This document shows, piece after piece, positions 52,290-60,736 of a stretch of DNA of 60,763 bases. The stretch covers positions 1 to 60,763 of the forward strand of contig CAMAHK010000004.1 of the NCBI GenBank assembly GCA_945834475.1, given 5' to 3'. Below the pieces are notes generated by a model. That model was not told where the DNA came from. It saw nothing but the letters and a program-made list of their open reading frames with translations, and ran no database searches. The first letter of the stretch is position 1. Each line of letters starts with the position of its first letter. This DNA is from an uncultured Verrucomicrobiota bacterium. Lineage in GTDB: Bacteria; Verrucomicrobiota; Kiritimatiellia; RFP12; UBA1067. The position numbers were made by a program, and so were the translations under genes.

Positions 52290-53717
52290 ATGACAACGAC
52301 AATCCTTCTTTTGGCGGCGACGCTGACGGGCCCGGACGCGGCCCTGCCGGCGCATCAGACTCCCGAGTGGTACAACAACGCGCGCTTTGGCATTTTCTGC
52401 CATTGGGGTCCGCAATGCGCGGCCGAGGCCGGCGACTGGTATGCGCGCAACATCTACTATCCGTGGACGGGACAGGCCAAGCACCATCAGCGCACGTACG
52501 GCGATCCGAAGACCTTTGGCTTCAAGGACGTGATCAACACCTGGACGGCCGAGAAGTGGGATCCCGAGGCGCTGTGCGCACTCTACAAGCGCATGGGCGC
52601 GACGTACATCCAGGCGATGGCGAACCACCATGACAACTTCGACATGTGGGACTCGACCCATCAGCCCTGGAATTCGGTGAACATGGGTCCGAAGCGCGAC
52701 ATCCTCAAGGGCTGGAGCGACGCGGCGCGGAAGGCGGGACTCCGCTTCGGCATCAGCATGCATGCGGCGCACGCCTGGAGCTGGTACGAGCCGGCGCGGG
52801 ACTTTGACGGACGTCTCACGAAGGACGACGGAAAGGGCACCTGGTGGGAAGGGTTTGATCCGCAGCAACTCTACTGGCAGAACCACGAGCCGGCGGCGAA
52901 TTACCGCGATCAGCGGTCGATTCACGGCCAGTGGGACTGGGGCAACGGCGCCGCAATCCCGAGCGTCGAATTCCAGGAGAACATTCGCCTGCGCACGATG
53001 GAAGCCCTGACGAAGTACAAGGCCGACCTTCTGTACTTCGACGATTCGGTCGTCGCCTTTTGGCCGGTGGCGGACGAAGGCATGCGCATCACCGCCGACT
53101 TCTATGCGATGAATCCCGACGCCGTCGTGCTCGGCAAGTGCCTCAACGAGCAGCAGCGCCAGTGGCTCACGTGGGACGTCGAGCGCGGCACGCCGCCGAC
53201 GCCGATGTATCCGAAGTGGCAGACCGACACCTGTATCGGCGACTGGCACTACAACCGCGACCGTCAGCGCCGCGGCTACCGTGGGGCGCGGGACGTCCTA
53301 TGCACACTCGTCGACGTCGTCTCGAAGAACGGCAACCTCTGCCTGTCGATTCCAATCCGCAGCGACGGCACGATCGACGAGAAGGAGCGCGCGGTGTGCG
53401 AGGATATCGCCGCGTGGATGGACGTCAATCGCGAGGCGATCTTCGATTCCAAGCCGTACGAGATCTGCGGCGAAGGGCCGCAACTCGCGAAGGCGCCGCC
53501 CCTGTACGCGCAGGGTTTCAACGAAGGCAAGATTCCGCGTCCGACGAAGGACGACGTCCGCTATCTGAAGGCGCGGGACGCTGAGGGCGTCTATGCGATC
53601 GAGATCGCGCCCGACGGCGAAGCGCCGAAGTGTCCCGCGCTCGAGGCGAAGGGCCTTAAGCTCGTGAAGTCGTTTGTGCGCGTCAAGGACTTCCCGGCGG
53701 TGTATTTGTTTAGATGA
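52290..53717 (+). CDS. GH29 alpha-L-fucosidase
   Basis: PEWYNNARFGIFCHWGP and HHDNFDMWDS. The signal-like N-terminus MTTTILLLAATLTG begins at ATG 52290; the track starts at GTG 52260. Confidence 0.85.
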   Translation: MTTTILLLAATLTGPDAALPAHQTPEWYNNARFGIFCHWGPQCAAEAGDWYARNIYYPWTGQAKHHQRTYGDPKTFGFKDVINTWTAEKWDPEALCALYKRMGATYIQAMANHHDNFDMWDSTHQPWNSVNMGPKRDILKGWSDAARKAGLRFGISMHAAHAWSWYEPARDFDGRLTKDDGKGTWWEGFDPQQLYWQNHEPAANYRDQRSIHGQWDWGNGAAIPSVEFQENIRLRTMEALTKYKADLLYFDDSVVAFWPVADEGMRITADFYAMNPDAVVLGKCLNEQQRQWLTWDVERGTPPTPMYPKWQTDTCIGDWHYNRDRQRRGYRGARDVLCTLVDVVSKNGNLCLSIPIRSDGTIDEKERAVCEDIAAWMDVNREAIFDSKPYEICGEGPQLAKAPPLYAQGFNEGKIPRPTKDDVRYLKARDAEGVYAIEIAPDGEAPKCPALEAKGLKLVKSFVRVKDFPAVYLFR

Positions 53718-53734
53718 AGCTGGGTGAACAGAAC

Positions 53735-53820
53735 CCTCGGCGTGACGGTCAGCAGAGTACCCACAGCCGAGCGAAGCGAGACAGCCGAAGGCCGCGTGAC
53801 CTCACGCCGAGGCAGGGTAA
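53735..53820. repeat. Degenerate REP cluster
   Basis: CCTCGGCGTGACGGTC .. AGAGTACCC .. GGCCGCGTGACCTCACGCCGAGGCAGGGTAA. Confidence 0.6.
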
Positions 53821-53825
53821 CAGCA

Positions 53826-55367
53826 ATGACCGAAATTCTTCTTCTTGCAACGACGTTTCTGAATCCCATCCTTCCGGCGGATTTCAGCGACATCGACTGC
53901 ATCCGCTACGAAGGGCGTTACTATGCGATCTCTTCGACGCTCCATCTTTGCCCGGGAATGGATGTCCTCGCGTCGGACGACATGGTCGACTGGCAGGTGA
54001 CGGGTCCTGTCGTCAACGACACGTCCGTCTTCGGCGATGCGTGGACCTGGAAGCGGATGCGTCGCTATGGACGCGGTGTGTGGGCCGGATGTCTCCGCAA
54101 GCGGCAGGGAACGTTCTTCTGCTATTTCGGGACACCCGACGAGGGGCTTTTCGTTGCGACGGCCGAGCGTCCGGAAGGTCCGTGGTCATCGCCGCACAAG
54201 ATGTCCGGCTTCGGCGGCGGCTGGGACGATACGGGTGTTCTGTTCGACGGCACGAACGGCTATCTTGTCGCAACACATTTCGCCGACAAGTACAAGACCT
54301 ATGTCTTCAAGCTGACGGACGATGCGCACGAGGTGATTCCTGAAACGAAGACGCTTGTCAACGAAGGGCAGGGACGCGAGGCGAACAAGCTCTACAAGTG
54401 GAACGGCCTGTATTACCACCTCTACAGCGAAGTCGCAAAAGGAGGCCGCCGCCTGATGATGGCGCGTGCGACAAGTCCGTTCGGTCCCTACGCCGAGCGC
54501 CGCGTCCTTTCACATCCGCAGCCCGAGGCCGACGAGCCGAACCAGGGCGGATTCCTGACAGACGATGCGGGCAATTGGTTCTTCTTCACCCATCACGGAC
54601 GCGGGCGGTGGTATGGTCGTGCGGCAAGTCTCCTGCCCGTCACCTGGATCGACGGCTGGCCGATCATCGGCAAGCCCGACAAAGACGGCATCGGCACGAT
54701 GGTCTGGGAGGTGGAGCGGCCGAAGGTGAGTACCCGCCGTGAGAGTACCCGGCGTGACCTCACGCCGAGGCAGGGTAATGGCTCCTTTACCACGCCACGC
54801 CGTGAGGTCACGGCGGGTACTTTTCTCTCCCCTGACTGGGCCTGGAACCATGCGCCGCGCAGGGACCACTTTACAATCGCCGGGAATAGCCTGACGTTGC
54901 GTCCGTTTCGTCCCCTCGACACCAACGACTTCTTCACCGTCGGCAACGTCTACACACGGCGCGCCTTTTGTCCTTCCGCCGACGCCACTTCCGCTTTCGC
55001 CATCGCCCTTGACGCGTCGCATCTGGCGGAAGGCGCACGTGCGGGGATCTGTCATCTCGGCGGCGACACCTGCGAGTTCGGCCTGGCGGTCGAGGACGGG
55101 CGGCGCGTTCTCTATCTGCGGCGCAACAAGAGGGAGCGAACCGTTCTCGCGACGGACATGCCGACGTGCGTCGTGCTGAAGACCGAGTGGAATGCGAAAG
55201 GCGTCGCCCGCTTCGCCTCTTCGACGGACGGAAAGTCGTTCACGGACGCGGGGATCGACTTCACGCTCCGCTGGGGGAACTACCGCGGCGACCGCGTCGG
55301 CGTCTATGCCTACACGCTGGGCGAGGGGACGGGAGAGGTCGGCTTTGGGGAAGTGAAGGTCTACTGA
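53826..55367 (+). CDS. GH43 glycoside hydrolase (beta-xylosidase/alpha-L-arabinofuranosidase type) with C-terminal beta-sandwich domain
   Basis: It starts MTEILLLATTFLNPILPADFSDIDCIRYEGRYYAISSTLHLCPGMDVLASDDMVDW, a classic GH43 N-terminus. The track ORF start at 53724 reads through REP DNA. Confidence 0.85.
   Translation: MTEILLLATTFLNPILPADFSDIDCIRYEGRYYAISSTLHLCPGMDVLASDDMVDWQVTGPVVNDTSVFGDAWTWKRMRRYGRGVWAGCLRKRQGTFFCYFGTPDEGLFVATAERPEGPWSSPHKMSGFGGGWDDTGVLFDGTNGYLVATHFADKYKTYVFKLTDDAHEVIPETKTLVNEGQGREANKLYKWNGLYYHLYSEVAKGGRRLMMARATSPFGPYAERRVLSHPQPEADEPNQGGFLTDDAGNWFFFTHHGRGRWYGRAASLLPVTWIDGWPIIGKPDKDGIGTMVWEVERPKVSTRRESTRRDLTPRQGNGSFTTPRREVTAGTFLSPDWAWNHAPRRDHFTIAGNSLTLRPFRPLDTNDFFTVGNVYTRRAFCPSADATSAFAIALDASHLAEGARAGICHLGGDTCEFGLAVEDGRRVLYLRRNKRERTVLATDMPTCVVLKTEWNAKGVARFASSTDGKSFTDAGIDFTLRWGNYRGDRVGVYAYTLGEGTGEVGFGEVKVY
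54729..54821. repeat. Inverted REP pair (mini-MITE, ~93 nt) embedded in-frame in the GH43 CDS
   Basis: AGTACCCGCCGTGAGAGTACCCGGCGTGACCTCACGCCGAGGCAGGGTAATGG..CCACGCCACGCCGTGAGGTCACGGCGGGTACT is translated as ..STRRESTRRDLTPRQGNGSFTTPRREVTAGT.. at the catalytic/C-terminal domain junction. Confidence 0.85.
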
Positions 55368-55688
55368 AGGTCGGTTTCAACGGCCATCAACCCGATCTCG
55401 CCGAGCGCTATGACGAGCGGCTCGCCTCTGCCCCGATAGACTGGCGCTTACCCATTAATAGCCGATTTAACAGCAGGTCGCTTCGCGACACGCAGATTTG
55501 CGCCCGATTCAAAATGTCGTCGCCCCGAGCACTAAGGTTGGTTGTTGTCCTTTCTGCGTGCGGCGAAGCCGCCTGCGGTTAAAATCAGAAAATGGGTAAT
55601 AGGTGTTGCAACTCAACGGAGCGGGATTTTGGTACAATAACCACTTAAGGTATGTTGTGCAAGTTTCTGGCCTAAGGAGTTTTACCGG

Positions 55689-55913
55689 ATGAAATCATGG
55701 AACGAGATTCGCAAGGCGGCGACGGCCTTCTCGAAGCGGTGGAAGTCGGCCTTTGACGAGAAGTCTCAGGCGCAGTCGTTCCTGAAGGAGTTCTTCGAGG
55801 TTTTCGGCGTCGATACCGTCCAACAGGCGACCTTCGAGCATCGCGTGAAGTTCGCGGACGGCTCGCAGGGTTTTGTCGATTGCTTCTGGCCCGGGACGAT
55901 TCTTAAATCTTAA
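55689..55913 (+). pseudogene. N-terminal fragment of an MmeI-like type IIL/IIG restriction-modification enzyme
   Basis: WNEIRKAATAFSKRWKSAFDEKSQAQSFLKEFFEVFGVDTVQQATFEHRVKFADGSQGFVDCFWPGTIL fits the MmeI-family N-terminal domain and stops after 74 codons. TGgTACAAT (55630-55638) and AAGGAG lie upstream. Confidence 0.7.
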
Positions 55914-55994
55914 AGCTGCGCGAATTTCCTGAGGAGCGATAGCAGTGTTTCGGTCTGAAATGGTATAATGATAGAGTAATTTTTTTGATTTCAT

Positions 55995-56912
55995 ATGAGC
56001 AAGTCTGAAACATCACAAAAAGAAAACAAGTCCCAGAGTGTCCTTGTCGGTACTTATCGTCTAGAGAACAAGGCTTGGATTCAGGAGCGGAAGGTCTATA
56101 ACCTCCCGTTGCCTGACAGTGCCGATGCGAAAGTCTACGAAAAGTTCACGTCGATTGTGCTGTATGCTGGCGACGAACTGCCGCTCGCTTACACGGCTGC
56201 GTTCTCGCAAGTTGTGGAGAAGTCTTGGCTTAAGGAAAATGGTTATTCGATGTCGTCTACGCCGCATAGCAAACGGTATGTGCTTTTCGCGCTGAAAAAG
56301 AAGACCTCGGCTTCGAAGTTGCTCGCCAATCCTTCCTCCGAAGTGTATGTTTGTTCCACGCGCTGGACAGGGAAGATTGACGCTGAGTTTTACGCCAAGC
56401 CGTTGCCGGATTGTGGCGGCAAGTCGATTCCCAATATCTTTGAGAAGATTAAACCCTACTTCAACAAATGGAAGTCGGCGTGTGCGTTCAACCCCGTGCA
56501 GATGGATTTCTTCGGGGTTATCGATAAGGATCTTTCAAAGCTTGATATCGTAAACAAGCGTCCGGCCGACGGCGTTAAGTATGCAATGATCGACCTTTTT
56601 GCGGGCGCGGGCGGGCTTTCAGAGGGACTGGAGGAGGCTGGATTTCACAGCATCTTTGCGTCGGAAATCGTTCCGCAGTATGCCGACACCTACAGGAAGA
56701 ATCATCCGGGTACAACCGTGATGACCCAAGACATTCGCAAACTTGACGCGGAAAGCATTCGCAAGCAACTTGGAATCAGAAAAGGTCAGCTTGCGTTGAT
56801 TGCTGGCGGCCCGCCGTGTCAGGGCTTCTCGATCAACGCTCCGATTCGCAGTACGTTAGACCAGCGCAACCACCTCTTCAAAGAGTATCTCAGGTTTGTC
56901 GATGTTGCTTGA
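55995..56912 (+). pseudogene. Truncated DNA (cytosine-5) methyltransferase with an unknown N-terminal domain
   Basis: Motif I is IDLFAGAGGLSEGL and motif IV is GGPPCQGFS, followed by DQRNHLFKEYLRFVDV. The ORF then ends. Motifs VI (ENV), VIII (QRR), TRD and IX-X are absent. Confidence 0.65.
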
Positions 56913-56931
56913 TTGTGGAAAGGATTAAGAC

Positions 56932-57435
56932 ATGCAATATCAGCAATTCCCGCGCTCACGTGGCATAACCGAAGAGTTGCAAAATATCGTAAAGGCTTTT
57001 CAGAAAGTTGAAGGTGATATATGTTCAGCGACTCACTCGTTGACATCTAATGAGGTGCTCGCGTTCTTATGTCCCCACCTTATGTCCCTTGGTTTTAAAG
57101 TCGAGACGGGGAAATCTGTAGAAAAGAAGATTGACGTGCCAGTTCTGTTTGGGCGCGACAATCATATCGATAAGTCTTTTTTTGCTGACGCTCTAAGTGC
57201 TGATGGGCGGATTGTGATTGAGGTCGAGGCAGGGCAGGCAATTGAAAATCATCGGTTCTTGAAGGATATCTTTGAGGCATCGATGATGTTTGAGGTTGAG
57301 TATTTGGTGCTGGCCGTGCGAAATAAGTATCGTTCGCATCTTGACTTTGACAGGGTGTATCAGTTTCTTGAAACAATGTATATAAGCAATCGAATCATAC
57401 TTCCTTTGAAGGGAATTATGTTAATCGGATACTGA
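56932..57435 (+). CDS. BglII/BamHI-like type II restriction endonuclease-fold protein (putative)
   Basis: D..ADGRIVIEVEAGQAIENHRFLKDIFE resembles the (D)-x-n-(V/I)E(V)(E/Q)xG(N/Q) core of BglII/BamHI-type enzymes. It lies next to the C5-MTase remnant in a low-GC patch. Confidence 0.45.
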   Translation: MQYQQFPRSRGITEELQNIVKAFQKVEGDICSATHSLTSNEVLAFLCPHLMSLGFKVETGKSVEKKIDVPVLFGRDNHIDKSFFADALSADGRIVIEVEAGQAIENHRFLKDIFEASMMFEVEYLVLAVRNKYRSHLDFDRVYQFLETMYISNRIILPLKGIMLIGY

Positions 57436-57448
57436 TGAGGAGTTGCCG

Positions 57449-57691
57449 ATGATGTCGGGTTCATCCGTTATTGTTGTCACTGTTAGCGAACAATTGCCGG
57501 GTCATGGGAATAAAACAGATATTGCCGTGTTCTCAACGCTGGATAAGGCAGAAACGTGGATTGAGCATGAAATATCGTTGATTGTAAAGCGAGAGAATCT
57601 GTCTCCGGATGCCGTTGACGGGTGGTTTGTTGAATTTCCAGACGCCAGCCACACCATCCAGTTCGATGTTTATGAGCGGGATGTGCTTTGA
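57449..57691 (+). CDS. Hypothetical small protein
   Basis: GAGGAG lies 6 nt before ATG 57449. No family recognised. Confidence 0.4.
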   Translation: MMSGSSVIVVTVSEQLPGHGNKTDIAVFSTLDKAETWIEHEISLIVKRENLSPDAVDGWFVEFPDASHTIQFDVYERDVL

Positions 57692-57722
57692 TACTTGTGG
57701 ACATGTACTTAATGGTTTGTCT

Positions 57723-58139
57723 ATGTCATATAAAGTGAAACAAAATTTCGTGGCTGATACGGTTGGGCTCAACTGGGAGAATGTCTCAAAGCGCATCATT
57801 CCGCAGCTCATCTACAAAGGCCAGGTTCTTCAGCGAGAGGAGCTTTGCAAGACGGGGCTTTATTTCGTCTGCCCGCTACCTATCTATAAGCGCGTTCTTA
57901 ACAGATTGGGTGGTAAGGACAAAATTCCGTCATTCCCGACCCAGCCAGCCGCTATACACTTCTTGGCATACGATTACACAAAGGACTTCAAGGATGTCCC
58001 AAAGGGTGAAATCATGCCGCTTGATGTCATCGAGGAACATTGCACGACGGTGTACAAGGTTCAGGAAGCCTTTTCGGCTGTCAGCCTGCCCGAAGGTAAT
58101 GTCTATGGCAATGCGCTGAAGAAGTGTCTTTACGGTTGA
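57723..58139 (+). CDS. Hypothetical protein (possible second nuclease/specificity component)
   Basis: The ORF frame runs 57609..58139 and the start is uncertain (ATG 57681 or 57723). No family recognised. Confidence 0.4.
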   Translation: MSYKVKQNFVADTVGLNWENVSKRIIPQLIYKGQVLQREELCKTGLYFVCPLPIYKRVLNRLGGKDKIPSFPTQPAAIHFLAYDYTKDFKDVPKGEIMPLDVIEEHCTTVYKVQEAFSAVSLPEGNVYGNALKKCLYG

Positions 58140-58170
58140 TGCTAAGCCGGATGTCAGTTGGCAAAGCAAG

Positions 58171-58377
58171 ATGAGAAAGAACTTCTGGCGTTGGTTAGTG
58201 GTTGACGTCCTCGGGCTGGCGATTCTCTACAATCCCGAGACCATGCCGCCCGATCTTCTAAAGGCGCACCAGCATCTTGATGCGCTCGTTGACAAGGCCT
58301 ACGGCAAGAAGTTCGCGAACGACGCCGAGCGCGTCGCCCACCTCTTCGACCTCTACGCGGCAGCTGTGAAAGGGTGA
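58171..58377 (+). pseudogene. C-terminal fragment of the MmeI-like RM enzyme
   Basis: ..LAILYNPETMPPDLLKAHQHLDALVDKAYGKKFANDAERVAHLFDLY.. matches the conserved MmeI-family C-terminus. It is in a different frame from the N-terminal fragment. Confidence 0.7.
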
Positions 58378-58378
58378 C

Positions 58379-58398
58379 AGTCTCATAAATATGAGACT
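58379..58398 (+). terminator. 8-bp hairpin after the MmeI remnant
   Basis: AGTCTCAT, loop AAAT, then ATGAGACT. There is no clear U-tract. Confidence 0.35.
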
Positions 58399-58451
58399 CA
58401 AGGTCAGACCTATAATCTCGGATTTATGAGACTTGCGCGGGGTAGAAAATT

Positions 58452-59039
58452 GTGAAAACAGCGATCATAGAGGTCTTTTGTCTCATTGCTGCTGTATCGG
58501 GTGCGGCGACGGTCGCTGTCGCTCCTTTGTCTGCGCCGGAGTACGCTGATACGGAGGTGTCGACGAATGTCTGTCTTGGTGCGGCGGTTGCGACTGCGGT
58601 GGGTGACGGCCTCGGGTACTTTGACGTCACGCTTTCGCTTCGTGCGACGCCGACGAACAATGTCGAGATCTGCTTCGGCTGTGATGCGAATGGCGACGGG
58701 GCGCTAGGACGATGTGAGCGTGACTTTGTCCTGGGGTGGGACTGCGGCGCGTGGTTTTGGCGCGACCGCCGCACGAATGTCGAGACGCGATTTGGGCAGG
58801 AGATCTGTTCGGCTGATCGCCGGACGCTGCGTTGGCGGGTCGATCTGGACGCCCGCCGCCGTCCGCGTCGCTTTGCCGCGCGGGAGGGCGACAGCGTTCT
58901 CGCCGAGGGACGCGCGACGGATGCGATGTTTGCCGCGCTCTGGACGCACGGGCGGGTCGTGGCGCGTGGCCTTGACGCTCCAGACGAGGCGATTTCCGTT
59001 CAGATGAGTCCCAAGGGCCTGAAGGTCGTCATCGAATGA
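58452..59039 (+). CDS. Secreted hypothetical protein
   Basis: GTG start. The signal peptide is MKTAIIEVFCLIAAVSGAATVAVAP and the C-terminus is PKGLKVVIE. The stop overlaps the next start (ATGA). Confidence 0.55.
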   Translation: MKTAIIEVFCLIAAVSGAATVAVAPLSAPEYADTEVSTNVCLGAAVATAVGDGLGYFDVTLSLRATPTNNVEICFGCDANGDGALGRCERDFVLGWDCGAWFWRDRRTNVETRFGQEICSADRRTLRWRVDLDARRRPRRFAAREGDSVLAEGRATDAMFAALWTHGRVVARGLDAPDEAISVQMSPKGLKVVIE

Positions 59040-60736
59040 AACTGACGAACCTCATAGGACCGGCGTTGTTGGGGACATGCCTTTATGGCGCGGTGATGAA
59101 CTCGTTCCCGACGAACGAGGAGAAGAATGCTGTCGGAGAGATCGATGCGACGAACGAGGTCGAGCGGGCTGCTTGCGCCGAAGTCTTGGGGCTGAAGACG
59201 ACGCTGGGGATGACACAGGGGGAAATTGTTGCGGCGATTCGAGGCGTGGACGGCGAGTGCGCGGATGGCTGTGTAGAGGTGAAGAACGTGGAGAGTGGGC
59301 GAGAGGGCTTGGAGAGTGCCGCGGGCGAGACGCGCCGCGGTACGGTGTTGGGGCGGTCGCAGTGGGGGATTCGCGGGGCTTGGGATGACGATTACTATCA
59401 GGCGTTCGCGGCGGATTGGGTGTTTCCGCTTGGGACGAATCGCCTTTCGGGCGTCGTTGTTTATTCGCAGGGTGGACTTGTGGCGTCGTCTTACGATGTG
59501 CCGTTTGTTTCGTTGCCGGTTTCCGTGGCGATGGTGCCGCGTGAGGGGGCGTTCACGGTTGAGCAGACGTCGAGTAATTCCTACATCTTCGCGTGGTGGA
59601 ATGTTCGGCCGGGAAGGACGGCGACCGAGACTCTGGATGCGCAGATCGAACTCTTTCGCAACGGCGATTATTGCGTTTCGACGAATGGCGTGATCCGAGT
59701 CTCCCTGGCCGAGGGATCTGATAAGGTCACGGTACGACAGTCTGGCTTGGGCAACCACTCCTTCGGCGGCACTCGCGAACACGAAATCGCATTCCCGATT
59801 GATGGAACAACCGTCAGTTCTTCGGTCGGTGATGTCACGATGCTTTGCGAATATCTTGATGCAAACGGAGTTGTTGCCAGTTCTGTTCGCAGCAGTCTCA
59901 CGGTTGTCTCGCCCAAGAGGATATCTGTCAATGATGACGCGGTGCAAGACGTTGCGGTTCTGGTCGGCTCGCCGGTATCTGTTGCTATTGTTGCTGAGCC
60001 GACAGCTTCTGTCATCCCGTCCACCTTGTGGTATGATGCCAAGCTGCGGTCTGATCGAACCTATACGGGCTGGCGGGATTGGTCAGACCTGGGATATGCA
60101 ATCACTCGCACGATGTCCGAGAGCGGAATTTTCATCATCAAGGCGCGAGCCGTGTTCTCTGGTCCGCAGTGGACGGATGTTTTCTATTCGTGGACAGAGG
60201 ATGAAGACTTGCGGATAGGTTTGCACAGCATTGGGGATGCCAATCACATAGGTGTTGCCTCAACGCAAGAGCAGCTCAACATGAGGTCTGCGGCAAGATC
60301 AATGCTGGGGAATGCGATGTATGCAAAAGAGGAATTTCTGCCGACGCGTAACGGGTTTTCGGAAGTTCCAGTAGGTTCATGGAAATGCAATGCCTTTGTG
60401 GCTGATGTCGCCTTGTCTGCAGGGTTGTCAATTCCAGTTCAGCATCACTCCTCCCACGTGTTGTTTGCGGATAGTAGTTATCCTCCAGTGGCTAATGAGT
60501 GGGCGAAAGGAAATGTTCGTATAGCAGGATGGCAATACTTGGGAAGTACTCCTTGGCCCGAGCCTGGCTATATCGTCGGTCACCCCGCCTCCATAGGATC
60601 AGGACATGTTGGAATTGTAGATTATGATGGAGAGGGTATTGGCGCAGGGAAAAAGATCGTTCATCGGAAATATGAAGAATTCCTTGACGGAACGTCAGGC
60701 TTTAATAAGTATTTAGGAGCAAACCCAAATGATTAA
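59036..60736 (+). CDS. Large secreted protein with C-terminal NlpC/P60- or CHAP-like cysteine-peptidase domain
   Basis: 566 aa with a signal-like N-terminus. The C-terminus has GSWKCNAFVADVALSAGL (Cys) ... GYIVGHPASIGSGHVGIVDYDG (His), a papain-like amidase pattern. Confidence 0.6.
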   Translation: MKLTNLIGPALLGTCLYGAVMNSFPTNEEKNAVGEIDATNEVERAACAEVLGLKTTLGMTQGEIVAAIRGVDGECADGCVEVKNVESGREGLESAAGETRRGTVLGRSQWGIRGAWDDDYYQAFAADWVFPLGTNRLSGVVVYSQGGLVASSYDVPFVSLPVSVAMVPREGAFTVEQTSSNSYIFAWWNVRPGRTATETLDAQIELFRNGDYCVSTNGVIRVSLAEGSDKVTVRQSGLGNHSFGGTREHEIAFPIDGTTVSSSVGDVTMLCEYLDANGVVASSVRSSLTVVSPKRISVNDDAVQDVAVLVGSPVSVAIVAEPTASVIPSTLWYDAKLRSDRTYTGWRDWSDLGYAITRTMSESGIFIIKARAVFSGPQWTDVFYSWTEDEDLRIGLHSIGDANHIGVASTQEQLNMRSAARSMLGNAMYAKEEFLPTRNGFSEVPVGSWKCNAFVADVALSAGLSIPVQHHSSHVLFADSSYPPVANEWAKGNVRIAGWQYLGSTPWPEPGYIVGHPASIGSGHVGIVDYDGEGIGAGKKIVHRKYEEFLDGTSGFNKYLGANPND

